32,000 nt of DNA from Ottowia oryzae (GCF_003008535.1 NZ_CP027666.1:3375989-3407988); one strand, 5' to 3'. Positions 1 to 9,217 are shown, counted from the first letter of the stretch. The notes: a model not told the origin generated them from the letters alone. A program made the numbers and translations.

Positions 1-2
1 AG

Positions 3-314
3 TTTTCCACCTGGGACATCATCCGCAAGTACAACAAGGACTACAAGCTGATCTTCGTGGGCGACGCCACCATGAGCCCCTACGAAATCCTGCAGCCGGG
101 CGGCAGCGTGGAATACAGCAACGAAGAGCCGGGCGCCGAATGGCTGCAGCGGCTGACGCACGCCTTTCCCAAGTTCGCGTGGATCAACCCCGAGCCGCAG
201 GGCGTGTGGCAGTACCGCCAAAGCATCGCCATCATTCAGCAGTTGATGGGCCAGCGCATGTACCCGCTGACCTTGAAGGGGCTGGAAGACGCGATGCGCA
301 TGCTATCTAAATAG
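3..314 (+). CDS. vWA domain-containing protein (CoxE-like), C-terminal fragment; the 5' end lies outside the window
   Basis: The frame is open from base 3 with no upstream stop. The translation FSTWDIIRKYNKDYKLIFVGDATMSPYEILQPGGSVEY...WINPEPQGVWQYRQS resembles C-termini of CoxE-type vWA proteins as I remember them. Stop TAG at 312-314. Confidence 0.6.
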   Translation, partial: FSTWDIIRKYNKDYKLIFVGDATMSPYEILQPGGSVEYSNEEPGAEWLQRLTHAFPKFAWINPEPQGVWQYRQSIAIIQQLMGQRMYPLTLKGLEDAMRMLSK

Positions 315-357
315 TAGCTTCCAGCGCTAGTCCCGCCTGCGCCGCGCGGCCATTTCA
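311..357 (+). repeat. REP-like intergenic repeat, copy A (slightly degenerate)
   Basis: ATAGtAGCTtCCAGCGCT...GCGCCgcgcGGCCATTT matches the ATAGCTGCCAGCGC...GCGCCAGAGGCC-ATTTT family. It overlaps the stop of the vWA gene and the 3' end of the hemerythrin gene. Confidence 0.55.
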
Positions 358-881
358 TGGCCCATGGCGCGCTGCGTCGGCGCGTCCAGCGCGGCGCGCG
401 CGGCGGGGTAAAGCACGTCTTCTTCCAGCCGGATGTGGCGCTGGTAGGCCTGAGCGAAGTCGCTGGCGTAGGTGCGTTCGGTTTCGGTCATGGGGCCGCA
501 ACCGGCACCCCCCGCCTGCCAGCGCAGCAGCACGGCGCGCAGGCGTTGCCAGATGGCGTTCATCAGCAGGTGGTCGTTTTCCAGCGTGACGACGGTGGCG
601 CGCACCCGCGCGTCCGGGTGATGGCCGAGGGCGGAGAACAGGTGCTGTTCCTCGTCCTCGTGGTGCAGGGGCGCGGCCACGTCGAAGTAGCGCAGCACAT
701 CGGCCGCGGCGCTGCGGGCATCGGCGTCGCAGCCGTGCTGATCCACATGGGCGATCAGGCGCCGCAGCAGGTCGAGGCTGCGCTGCACGCGCTCATGGCA
801 CGCCTCCAGCATCTCGAAAGGCTGATCGAAGCCAACGGCCGGCGACTGGACCCCTGGCAGGCATACCGAACTGGCATTCAT
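327..881 (-). CDS. hemerythrin domain-containing protein
   Basis: Histidine/glutamate-rich metal-ligand motifs are present: EACHERVQRSL, LHHEDEEQHLF, HIRLEEDVLYP. I chose the start at the internal ATG (MNASS...); the longer 947 start is not excluded. Confidence 0.6.
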   Translation of the reverse strand: MNASSVCLPGVQSPAVGFDQPFEMLEACHERVQRSLDLLRRLIAHVDQHGCDADARSAAADVLRYFDVAAPLHHEDEEQHLFSALGHHPDARVRATVVTLENDHLLMNAIWQRLRAVLLRWQAGGAGCGPMTETERTYASDFAQAYQRHIRLEEDVLYPAARAALDAPTQRAMGHEMAARRRRD

Positions 882-1024
882 GGTCGAATTATCTGGAGTG
901 CCCTGTAAGCAGGGCGTGCCCCATAGGGTGACCCAGATTCGGCCCACCGCTGTAACAAGTGGTCTCGGCCGTCACCCAATTCGCGGCCTTCTCTGACAAG
1001 GTCAACCACTACACTCGGTCGGTG

Positions 1025-2914
1025 ATGAAGTCAGGAAACCCGCGCCACCCCAGTTCATTGCCGATCCTGCTGGCGCTTCTGCTCATTTTGCCCGGGTGCG
1101 CGTGGTTGCCCGGCGGCAAAAAGGCCGACGACAAGGCCGCCACCCAGTCCACCGCCGACGGCGCGTCAGCACTGACCGAAGCGCCCGCCAACCCGTCTTT
1201 CGACATCCGCGTGGAGGTGGACGACGACGAGCTGAAAACCCTGGTCGAGCGGCACAACGAATTGCAGCGCTACCGCGCCGTGCCCGATCTGGACGAATCC
1301 GAGTTCGCCCGCGTGATGGCCGTGGCCGAAAGCGACGTGCGCAACCTGCTGGGCACCGAGGGCTACTTCAACCCGCAAATCAAGGTGCGGCGCGAAGAGC
1401 GCGCTGGCGCCCGCCCGGTGGTGGTGATCGCCATCACGCCGGGCGAGCCGACCACCGTGCGCAAGGTGAACATCGAGTTTGAAGGCGACATCGCGCAAAC
1501 CGCCGATGCGCAAGCCGTGCAGCAGCGCGGCCAGATCACAGACCACTGGAGCCTGGACGAAGGCCGCCGCTTCACGCAAAGCCGCTGGTCCAGCGCCAAG
1601 ACGGGCGCACTGCGTGAGCTGGTCGAGCGGCGCTACCCGCGCGGTCGCCTGAGCTACAGCCTGGCCGATGTCGACGCGCCCGAGGCCAAGGCCAACCTGG
1701 GCGTGCGCCTGGATTCCGGGCCGCCCTTTTTCCTGGGCCCGGCCACCGTGCGCGGCGCCAAGCGCTACCCGCCCGAGCTGGCCGAGCGCCTGTCCTGGCT
1801 CAAGCCGGGGGACGTGTACGACCAGAAAAAGCTGGTCGACGCGCAGCAGCGGCTGGCCGGCAGCGGCTACTACGACTCGGCCTACATCAGCATCGACCCG
1901 CAGGGCGACCCGAACGCCGCGCCCGTGACCTACAGCGTGCGCGAAGCCAAGCGCCACAAGGTGCAGCTGGGCGTGGGCTACAGCACCGACGGCGGCCCGC
2001 GTGTCACGCTGGAACACCGCGACAACCAGGCGCTGGGCACCTCGTGGCGGGCCGACACCAAGCTCAACTTCGACCGCAAGACGCCGCTGTTGCAGACCGA
2101 ATGGACGTCGCTGCCGCGCGCCAGCGGCTGGCGCAACGCGGCGCTGGCGCGGTACATGCGCCAGGACGATGGCGCGCTGGTTACCACCTCGCAAACGCTG
2201 CGCCTGGGCATGAACAAGACTGGGGAAAAGTACGACCGCAGCGTGTACCTGCAGTTCGACCACGCCAACGTCACCGGCTCGGGCAGCCGCGCCGTGCCCA
2301 GCGCGCTGCTGGGCGACGGCGCCGCCGTCAGCCTGAACTACGGCTGGACGGGGCGCTACTTCAACACCCTGCCCGTGCCCACGGCCGGCTATGGCCTGTC
2401 GGGCGAAGTGGGCGCGGGCGTGACGGCCGCGGGGCCGCGCAAGCCGTTCACGCGGCTCAACGGGCGCTGGCTGGGCATCTTCCCCGTGGGCAGCGGCGGC
2501 AGCAGCCTCGTGCTGCGCACCGAAGCGGGCGCGCTGCTGGCCGCGAAGCAGGCGCGCCTGCCGTCCACCTACATGTTCCGCACCGGTGGCGACACCACGG
2601 TGCGCGGCTACGGCTACCGCAAGATCGGCATCGACTTTGGCGACGACCTGATCGGCCCTGGCCGCTACATGGCCGTGGGCAGCGTCGAATGGCAGCGCCC
2701 CATCCTGCAAGACCGCTTTCCCGGCCTGCTGCAGCACACGCTGTTCGTGGACGTGGGCAGTGTGGCCAACAACATCGGTGACCTGCGCCCCAACTGGGGC
2801 GTGGGCACAGGCGTGCGGCTGATCACCCCGGTGGGCCCGATGGCGCTGGACGTGGCCTACGGCCTGCAATCCAAAGCCTTTCGCCTGCACATGACCGTGG
2901 GCTTCGTCTTCTGA
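1025..2914 (+). CDS. tamA: outer-membrane translocation and assembly module protein TamA (Omp85/BamA family)
   Basis: About 630 aa with N-terminal POTRA-like repeats and a C-terminal Omp85 barrel ending ...RLHMTVGFVF (terminal aromatic residue). It sits immediately upstream of, and overlaps (ATGA), a DUF490/TamB-type giant gene. Start chosen at MKSGNPRH, followed by a signal peptide LLLILPGC. Confidence 0.8.
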   Translation: MKSGNPRHPSSLPILLALLLILPGCAWLPGGKKADDKAATQSTADGASALTEAPANPSFDIRVEVDDDELKTLVERHNELQRYRAVPDLDESEFARVMAVAESDVRNLLGTEGYFNPQIKVRREERAGARPVVVIAITPGEPTTVRKVNIEFEGDIAQTADAQAVQQRGQITDHWSLDEGRRFTQSRWSSAKTGALRELVERRYPRGRLSYSLADVDAPEAKANLGVRLDSGPPFFLGPATVRGAKRYPPELAERLSWLKPGDVYDQKKLVDAQQRLAGSGYYDSAYISIDPQGDPNAAPVTYSVREAKRHKVQLGVGYSTDGGPRVTLEHRDNQALGTSWRADTKLNFDRKTPLLQTEWTSLPRASGWRNAALARYMRQDDGALVTTSQTLRLGMNKTGEKYDRSVYLQFDHANVTGSGSRAVPSALLGDGAAVSLNYGWTGRYFNTLPVPTAGYGLSGEVGAGVTAAGPRKPFTRLNGRWLGIFPVGSGGSSLVLRTEAGALLAAKQARLPSTYMFRTGGDTTVRGYGYRKIGIDFGDDLIGPGRYMAVGSVEWQRPILQDRFPGLLQHTLFVDVGSVANNIGDLRPNWGVGTGVRLITPVGPMALDVAYGLQSKAFRLHMTVGFVF

Positions 2915-5900
2915 TGATGGCGAGCAGTGGGCCAGCCTCCACCGCATCGGCCATCGATTCGGCCAATGCTTCTGATTTGATAGCTGCCAGCGCTGGTGCA
3001 GCGGGCGCTGGCGACCCAAATGGCACTGAATCAACGCCGCCACCGCCACGCCGCCGCAGCGCCTGGCGCTGGGTGCTCTGGCTGCTGATCAGCCTGATCC
3101 TGCTGCTGGCGCTGGCGCTGGGCGGCCTGTGGGTGTGGGCGGGCAGCGAAGGGTCTCTGGCCACCGCGCTGCGCTGGGCGGGCGCGCAACAACCGCTGGT
3201 CACCGACGAAGTCACCGGCACGGTGCGCGGCGGCGGCAAGGTGCGGCGCCTGGTGTGGGACAAGGAAGGCTTGCGCGTCGAGGTGCAGAACGCCGAGCTG
3301 CTGTGGACGCCCGCTGCGCTGATGCACCGCACGCTGCAGATCGACCAGCTTTCGGCCAGCCGCATCGTGGTGGACGACCGGCGCCCCAAGGGCGAGGCAT
3401 CCAGCGGGCCGCCGAAGTCGCTGGCGCTGCCGCTGAAGATCGACGTGAAAGCCCTGCGCGCCGATGAGCTGCGCTGGGCCGGCCCACCGCCCTACTCGCT
3501 GCAAGACGTGGCGGGGCGCTTCAAGTACGACGGCCATCAGCACGCGCTGGTGCTGGACAGCGCGCAGATCGAGGGCGGCCGCTACAAGGCCCGCGCCAAC
3601 ATCACCGCGCGCGCCCCCATTCAGCTGGACGTGGCGCTGGCCGGCGCGCTCACGGCCCCGGTGCCCGGCGCGCAGGCGCCCGTGCCACTGACGCTGCAAG
3701 CCACGCTGAGCGGCCCACTGACCGACATGCAGGCGCGCGCCGACCTGCAAGCCGCGCCCGCGGCGCCGGGTGCGTCGGCCCCGGCGATTCCCGATCTGCC
3801 GGCGGCGCGCGGTGCGTCGGGCAAGGCCCCGCCTTCGTCAGCCGCCAGCAGCCCCGGCGCTGCCGCTTCCACGCCCGCCGCTGCCGCGCCATCGGCCGAC
3901 GCAGCCTCCGCACCGCAGGCCGGCGCATCCTCGGCCAACGCACGCGCAGACGCAAAACCCTCCGGCACCGCGGCCAGCGCGCCGCCGGGCGCCGCCCCCA
4001 GCGAAGTGCCCGAGGCGCATGCCACCGCCCGCATCACCCCCTGGCAAGCGCAGCCGCTGCCCGAAGCGCACGCCCGCGTGCGGGCGCTGGACGTGGGCGC
4101 CATCTGGGCGCAGGCGCCCCAAACGCATCTGACGGGCGAGCTGCACGTGCGCCCCATCGAAGGCGCATCGCCCGGCGCCACCTGCTGGGCGGTGGACGCC
4201 GACCTGACCAACCGTGGCGCCGGCCCCTGGGACCAGCACCGCCTGCCGGTCGAGCGGCTGCTGGCCGACCTGACCTGGCAGCACGGCGTGGCCACGGTGC
4301 GCTCACTCAAGGCCGACGTGGCCGGCGGCACACTGGAATCCACCGGCCGCTGGGCGCAAGCGCCTGCGCCCGCCAGCGCGGCTTCGGCCCCATCCGCCTC
4401 AGCCACACCACCTGCGACGGGCGCCAGCGCCCCGGCGGCCGCGTCCGGCTGGGCGCTGGATACGCGCGTTCAGGGCATCAACCCGGCCGCGCTGCACAAG
4501 CAGCTGGCGGCCTTCCCGATCGATGGCACGGCCAAAGTGCAGGGCGCGGCGGGCGGCATCGACTTTGACGTTCAGTTGCAGGCGCGAAGTACCCGTACCG
4601 CTGCGCCAGCGCGGCGCGGCGAATCGGCCGCGCAAGCGCTGGCCCGCGACCTGCGCGCCGTGCATCTGCGCGACGCCACCGCCACTGGCCGCTGGGCAGA
4701 TGGCGAACTGGCCTTGAACACGCTGCGTGTGCGCACCGACGAGGCCGAACTGGCCGGCAATGCCCACGTGCGCCCCGGCAGCGAGCCCGGCCCCGGCGGC
4801 CAGGCCGATCTGCGGCTGACCGCGCCTGGCACGCAAGCGCAGCTCAAAGGCGAGCTGCAGCCCAACACCGGCGCGGGCACGCTGCTGGTGCAGTTGCAAG
4901 ACGTCGCGCGCGCCCTGGCCTGGGCGCAAAAGCTGCCCGGCGCCAGCGACGCCTTGGCCGGCGCCAGCGCCCGGGGCAGCGCGCGCCTGGACGGCACCTG
5001 GCGTGGCGGCTGGCGCGACCCCAACATTCAGGCGCAGCTGACCGCACCCTCACTCAGCATGACGCCGCCGCGCAGCGCCAGCTCAGCCACGCCCATCCAA
5101 TTGCGCGCGCTGAATGCCAGCGTCAAAGGCCGTCTGGCGCAGGCTGACCTTGCTGTGCAAGGCGAGGTGACGCAGGGCGAGCGCCACCTGGACTTGCGGC
5201 TGGCTGCCAACGGCGGGCGCACCACGCCGCAGGCCACGCTGGCCGCCTCCAGCTGGCGCGCGCAGCTCACGCGCCTGCAAGCGGTGGTGCGCGACCCGGC
5301 CCTGGGCGAAGGCACCTGGCAGGCGGCCACCGAAGGCGCCGTGCCGCTCAGCTGGTCGCCCGCGCAAGGCGGCCAGTTCGAGGTGGGCGCGGGGGCGCTG
5401 GCCGTCACCTCGTCCGCTCCCGTTTCCCAGGCGCGCATCCAGTGGGGGCCGGCGCGCTGGCGCGGCGGCGAATTGACGACCACCGGGCGCATCACCGGCC
5501 TGCCGCTGGAATGGGCCGAGCGCGTGGCCGGCGCCCAGCTGCGCGCCGCGGGCGTCACCGGCGACGTGGTCTTCAACGGCGACTGGGACGCCACGCTGGG
5601 CCACGGCCTGCGCGTCAGCGCCAACCTCGCGCGCGCCAGGGGCGACATCGGCATCCTGACGACCGACCCGAGCACCGGCGTGCAGTCGCGCGTGGCCGCG
5701 GGCCTGCGCGACGCGCGGCTCAGCCTGACCAGCCAGGGCCAGGCGCTGCAGGCGCGCGTGGTGTGGGACAGCGAGCGCGCCGGCACCGTCACCGGCCAGC
5801 TGCGCACCGAACTGTCGGCCCAGCGCAGCGGCGAAGGCGCCACGCAGTGGTCTTGGCCTGAAGCGGCGCCGCTGCAGGGCGAGTTGCGGGCGCGCTTGCC

Positions 5901-7269
5901 GCAGATTTCGGCCTGGTCGGTACTGGCGCCGCCCGGCTGGCGGCTGCGCGGCTCGCTGGCGGCCGACCTGCGCATCAGCGGCACGCGCAGCGCGCCCCTG
6001 GTCAACGGCACGTTGAACGCCGACGACATGGCCATGCGCTCGGTGGTGGACGGCCTGCAGTTCGAGGGCGGGCGCCTGCGTGCGCGCCTGGACGGCACCC
6101 GCCTGCTGATCGACGAATTCGTGCTGCGCGGCGCGGGCAACCAGGACGGTGGCGGCCTGCTGCGCGCCACCGGGCAGGCCGGGCTGGTGGACGGGCGGCC
6201 GCAGGCGGTCCTGCGCGCCACGCTGGAACAGCTGCGCGCCAGCATCCGCGCCGACCGGCAGGTGACCGTGTCGGGCAACGTGACCGCGGCGCTGGACGGG
6301 CGCAGCGTGACCGCCGATGGCAAGCTGCGCGTGGACCGCGCCCGTATCGTGCTGCCCGACGAAAGCCGCCCCAGCCTGGGCGACGACGTGATCGTGCGGG
6401 GTGCGGGCGGCAAGGTGATGGCGGGCAAAGATGCGCCCGGCGCCGTGGCCAAGCCCACCAGCACCGCCGGCCAGCAAGAGGCCGCACGCGACGCGCGGGC
6501 CGCCAGCAGCCGCCAGCGCGCAGAAGCCAAGGCCAAGGAAAGCCGCGCCGAGCCGCTGACGGCCAAGGCCAACGTGCAGATCGACCTGGGCGACGACTTC
6601 CGCCTGTCCGGCATGGGCATCGACACGCGCCTGGCCGGGCAGCTGACCTTGGCCGCCGACGGCCCGCTGACGCAGCTGCCCACGCTGACCGGCCGCGTGC
6701 GCACGGTGGGTGGCACCTTCCGCGCGTACGGCCAGTTCCTCACCATTCAGCGCGGCTTCGTGGTCTTCAGCGGGCCCATCGACAACCCGGCGCTGGACAT
6801 CGTGGCGCTGCGGCCCAACTACACCAGCGACCAGCGCGTGGGCGTGCAGGTGATGGGCAGCGCGCTGCTGCCGCGCGTGCGCCTGTATTCCGAGCCCGCC
6901 CTGCCCGACAACCAGACCCTGGCCTGGCTGCTGCTGGGCCGCGCCGCCCCCGAATCGGGGGCCGAGGCGGCCATGCTGCAATCCGCCGCACTCGCCCTGC
7001 TGGGCGGGCGCGAAGGGCGCGGGCTGGCGGCCAACTTCGGCCTGGACGAGCTGAGCTTCTCCGGCGGCGAAGGCGGGTCGCTGCAAAGCGCCAGCGTCAC
7101 GCTGGGCAAGCGCCTGTCCGACAAGCTGTACGCGGCGTACGAACACAGCCTGGCGGGCGCCAGCGGCACGCTGATGATCTTCTACGAGCTGTCGCGCCGC
7201 TGGACACTGCGCGGCCAGGCGGGCGAAAACAGCGCGGTGGACTTGATCTTCCGGCTGAGCTTCGACTGA
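2914..7269 (+). CDS. tamB: translocation and assembly module protein TamB (DUF490 family)
   Basis: 1451 aa with a single N-terminal TM anchor (WRWVLWLLISLILLLALALGGLWVW) and a long beta-rich body. The conserved C-terminal DUF490-like region reads ...LSDKLYAAYEHSLAGASGTLMIFYELSRRWTLRGQAGENSAVDLIFRLSFD. It is coupled to tamA. Confidence 0.85.
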   Translation: MMASSGPASTASAIDSANASDLIAASAGAAGAGDPNGTESTPPPPRRRSAWRWVLWLLISLILLLALALGGLWVWAGSEGSLATALRWAGAQQPLVTDEVTGTVRGGGKVRRLVWDKEGLRVEVQNAELLWTPAALMHRTLQIDQLSASRIVVDDRRPKGEASSGPPKSLALPLKIDVKALRADELRWAGPPPYSLQDVAGRFKYDGHQHALVLDSAQIEGGRYKARANITARAPIQLDVALAGALTAPVPGAQAPVPLTLQATLSGPLTDMQARADLQAAPAAPGASAPAIPDLPAARGASGKAPPSSAASSPGAAASTPAAAAPSADAASAPQAGASSANARADAKPSGTAASAPPGAAPSEVPEAHATARITPWQAQPLPEAHARVRALDVGAIWAQAPQTHLTGELHVRPIEGASPGATCWAVDADLTNRGAGPWDQHRLPVERLLADLTWQHGVATVRSLKADVAGGTLESTGRWAQAPAPASAASAPSASATPPATGASAPAAASGWALDTRVQGINPAALHKQLAAFPIDGTAKVQGAAGGIDFDVQLQARSTRTAAPARRGESAAQALARDLRAVHLRDATATGRWADGELALNTLRVRTDEAELAGNAHVRPGSEPGPGGQADLRLTAPGTQAQLKGELQPNTGAGTLLVQLQDVARALAWAQKLPGASDALAGASARGSARLDGTWRGGWRDPNIQAQLTAPSLSMTPPRSASSATPIQLRALNASVKGRLAQADLAVQGEVTQGERHLDLRLAANGGRTTPQATLAASSWRAQLTRLQAVVRDPALGEGTWQAATEGAVPLSWSPAQGGQFEVGAGALAVTSSAPVSQARIQWGPARWRGGELTTTGRITGLPLEWAERVAGAQLRAAGVTGDVVFNGDWDATLGHGLRVSANLARARGDIGILTTDPSTGVQSRVAAGLRDARLSLTSQGQALQARVVWDSERAGTVTGQLRTELSAQRSGEGATQWSWPEAAPLQGELRARLPQISAWSVLAPPGWRLRGSLAADLRISGTRSAPLVNGTLNADDMAMRSVVDGLQFEGGRLRARLDGTRLLIDEFVLRGAGNQDGGGLLRATGQAGLVDGRPQAVLRATLEQLRASIRADRQVTVSGNVTAALDGRSVTADGKLRVDRARIVLPDESRPSLGDDVIVRGAGGKVMAGKDAPGAVAKPTSTAGQQEAARDARAASSRQRAEAKAKESRAEPLTAKANVQIDLGDDFRLSGMGIDTRLAGQLTLAADGPLTQLPTLTGRVRTVGGTFRAYGQFLTIQRGFVVFSGPIDNPALDIVALRPNYTSDQRVGVQVMGSALLPRVRLYSEPALPDNQTLAWLLLGRAAPESGAEAAMLQSAALALLGGREGRGLAANFGLDELSFSGGEGGSLQSASVTLGKRLSDKLYAAYEHSLAGASGTLMIFYELSRRWTLRGQAGENSAVDLIFRLSFD
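2975..3034 (+). repeat. REP-like repeat, copy B, embedded in the 5' coding region of tamB
   Basis: TTTGATAGCTGCCAGCGCTGGTGCAGCGGGCGCTGGCGAC...AAATGG is nearly identical over the core to copy D (16225). Confidence 0.7.
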
Positions 7270-7328
7270 GCTGCGGTTGATCGCCGGCGGGCGCAGCCGT
7301 ACAGACGCCGCGCCGGCCTGAAAACGAC

Positions 7329-7353
7329 AACAGGCAGCCATTGGCTGCCTGTT
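7329..7353 (-). terminator. stem-loop terminator downstream of tRNA-Arg, also placed after tamB
   Basis: 11-bp perfect stem AACAGGCAGCC/GGCTGCCTGTT with a 3-nt loop. On the minus strand it is followed by TGTCGTTTT. Confidence 0.5.
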
Positions 7354-7372
7354 CGTGCGAGGTGTCGCGTGA

Positions 7373-7447
7373 TGGTGTCCCCACCAGGAATCGAACCTGG
7401 ATCTGATTCTTAGGAGGAACCTGTTCTATCCATTGAACTACAGGGAC
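7373..7447 (-). tRNA. tRNA-Arg (anticodon CCT)
   Basis: Manual cloverleaf: GTCCCTG TA GTTC AATGGATA GAAC A GGTTC CTCCTAA GAATC AGAT CCAGG TTCGATT CCTGG TGGGGAC A CCA. 75 nt with encoded CCA. Confidence 0.9.
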
Positions 7448-7529
7448 GCGAGCCCGCAACTATAGCAGCGGGCCGCGCAATTGCGCCCCTCGCAAGACAC
7501 CCGCATGTCCAGCGCCGCCCTGCCTAAAG

Positions 7530-7982
7530 TTAGCCCTGCCGGTCCTTGATGGCCTGGGCGAAGCGCTGCAGCAGTTCAGGAAACGCGGCTTGATCGGCCG
7601 CCGGCCAGTCGGCCACCAGTTCGCCAAGCAATCGGCGCCGCGCCTGGGTGATGGCCTGCACCGTGCGCGCGCCCGCTTCGGTGATGGCGGCCGCCCTCAC
7701 CCGCATGTCCGCCTCGGACGAAGGCCGCTCGACCAGGCCAAGCCGCTCCAGCTTCGCGATCTGGCGGCTGACGGTTGAAGGGTCGCGCCCCGCCTTGTCG
7801 GCCAGCTGCGCCACGCCCATGGCGGGGGATGCGCTCAGCCGCACCAGCAGCGGGAACAGCGCCCTGTCCAGCGAGACGCCGGCGGCGCCCAGCAGCACTT
7901 CGTCCTGGCGCGGGCTGTTCAGCAAGCCCGTCAGCTCAATCAGCGCCGCCGCGATGGCGTCGACATTGCATGTATCGCGCAT
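7530..7982 (-). CDS. MarR family transcriptional regulator
   Basis: 150 aa. The winged-helix region ...GVAQLADKAGRDPSTVSRQIAKLERLGLVERPSSEADMRVRAAAITEAG is typical of MarR. It is divergent from the FMN reductase gene. Confidence 0.85.
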   Translation of the reverse strand: MRDTCNVDAIAAALIELTGLLNSPRQDEVLLGAAGVSLDRALFPLLVRLSASPAMGVAQLADKAGRDPSTVSRQIAKLERLGLVERPSSEADMRVRAAAITEAGARTVQAITQARRRLLGELVADWPAADQAAFPELLQRFAQAIKDRQG

Positions 7983-8010
7983 GCTTTACACCGCCTCCAA
8001 AGTTGATCAC

Positions 8011-8033
8011 AATGCATGCATCGTACATGCATT
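8011..8033. promoter_or_regulatory. candidate MarR operator (inverted repeat) in the divergent promoter region
   Basis: AATGCATG-CATCGTA-CATGCATT, 8-bp perfect arms, located in the 65-bp gap between the MarR start (7982) and the FMN reductase start (8048). Confidence 0.4.
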
Positions 8034-8047
8034 TGAAAGCCGATCCG

Positions 8048-8644
8048 ATGAAACTCGACCCCAACGTGTTGCTGATCATGGGCAGCACCCGCGCGGGGCG
8101 CAAGTGCCCCGAAGTCACCGCCTGGGTGCAAGCCATTGCCAGCCAGGCTTGCCCTGAGCTGCGCTACGAAGTGGTGGACTTGGCCCAATGGCCGCTGCCG
8201 ATGGACGATGAGCCCGGCATTCCCGCCCTGGGCCACTACACGCAGGCGCACACGCTGGCGTGGAGCGAAAAAGTCCGCTCGGCCGCCGCCGTGGTTTTTG
8301 TCACCCCGCAGTACAACTGGGGCTACCCCGCCGTGCTCAAGAACGCCATTGACCACCTGTACGGCGAATGGCGCGACAAGCCTGCCGCCATCGTGACCTA
8401 CGGCGGCCACGGCGGCACCCGCTGTGCCGAGCAGCTGAAGCAAGTGGCGGCGGCGGTCGGGCTTAAAGTGGCGCCCACCATGCCCGCCATGGAGGTGCCA
8501 GACCCCGTCATCCGTGAAGGCGCGGCGCTGCACCCGGCCGAAGACTTTCGTGCGGCGATTCCGCAAATCCAAAGTGCTTTCCAGGAGCTAAGAGGCTTGA
8601 TCAGCGACGCTGCCGCTGCGCAAGCCAGCACCGCAGCCCACTGA
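8048..8644 (+). CDS. NAD(P)H-dependent FMN reductase family protein
   Basis: MKLDPNVLLIMGSTRAGRKCPEV...VFVTPQYNWGYPAVLKNAIDHL matches the flavodoxin-like NADPH-dependent FMN reductase pattern. The start is at an internal ATG of the listed 7775 ORF. Confidence 0.8.
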   Translation: MKLDPNVLLIMGSTRAGRKCPEVTAWVQAIASQACPELRYEVVDLAQWPLPMDDEPGIPALGHYTQAHTLAWSEKVRSAAAVVFVTPQYNWGYPAVLKNAIDHLYGEWRDKPAAIVTYGGHGGTRCAEQLKQVAAAVGLKVAPTMPAMEVPDPVIREGAALHPAEDFRAAIPQIQSAFQELRGLISDAAAAQASTAAH

Positions 8645-8911
8645 AGTCAGCCGGGCCCGCAAGCCCACTCAGCTTTGGCGTTGCCCAAGTGCTGGCCCGC
8701 GCCGGATTCTGGAACCTACTGAGAACCGGGGCCAGCAAAACGGCGCCAGCAAGGCGCCCAACACCCCGCCACCGGCGCGCTGTGGCGCACCCAGCAACAC
8801 TCCGCCCCTTCCGTAACACAAGCGGCACACGCCGATCGCACGCGGCCCTAAGATGGCTGAGGCGCCCACCGCCCCAGCGGCTGGGCGCCATCACCTCACC
8901 AGGAGACCGCC

Positions 8912-9217
8912 ATGCGCCGCTTGATCCACTCCCCAGCCGCACCCGCGCTGAGCCTGCCGCTGCTGGCCTGCCTGCTGCTCGGCGCCTGCGCGGCGACCGA
9001 TTCGGGGCCGGTGGCCGGCTTTGACGGCTCCTGGACGATCAGCAAGCGCGGCATCGTGGCGCAGCAGCCGGGCCAGCTGACGCGCTCAGCGGTGCAAGAA
9101 GCGACGGCCCACTGCGCGGCCAGCGGCAAGCGGTTTCGCCAGCTGGATCTGAAGGAAAGCCCGCCGGGCACGCTGTCTTCGCACGCCGAGAGCGAACTGA
9201 AGTTCGCCTGCGAGTGA
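8912..9217 (+). CDS. small hypothetical lipoprotein
   Basis: RBS-like AGGAGA lies 6 nt upstream of the ATG. Signal peptide with lipobox LLLGAC. 101 aa; no family recognised. Confidence 0.55.
   Translation: MRRLIHSPAAPALSLPLLACLLLGACAATDSGPVAGFDGSWTISKRGIVAQQPGQLTRSAVQEATAHCAASGKRFRQLDLKESPPGTLSSHAESELKFACE

Noticed and set aside
1166-7341. Very long ORFs on the opposite strand or in alternative frames of tamA/tamB (for example 1166..3049 -, 5028..6746 -, 5083..7341 -, 3621..4406 -)
   Set aside because: They are typical high-GC shadow ORFs. Their translations are Arg/Ala/Gly/Pro-rich with no recognisable motifs, and they fully overlap genes with clear family signatures.
7373-7982. Genomic island or prophage integrated at tRNA-Arg, tRNA-Lys or tRNA-Leu
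   Set aside because: I found no integrase, excisionase, phage genes or direct repeat of a tRNA 3' end next to any of the three tRNAs. The flanking genes are ordinary chromosomal genes.
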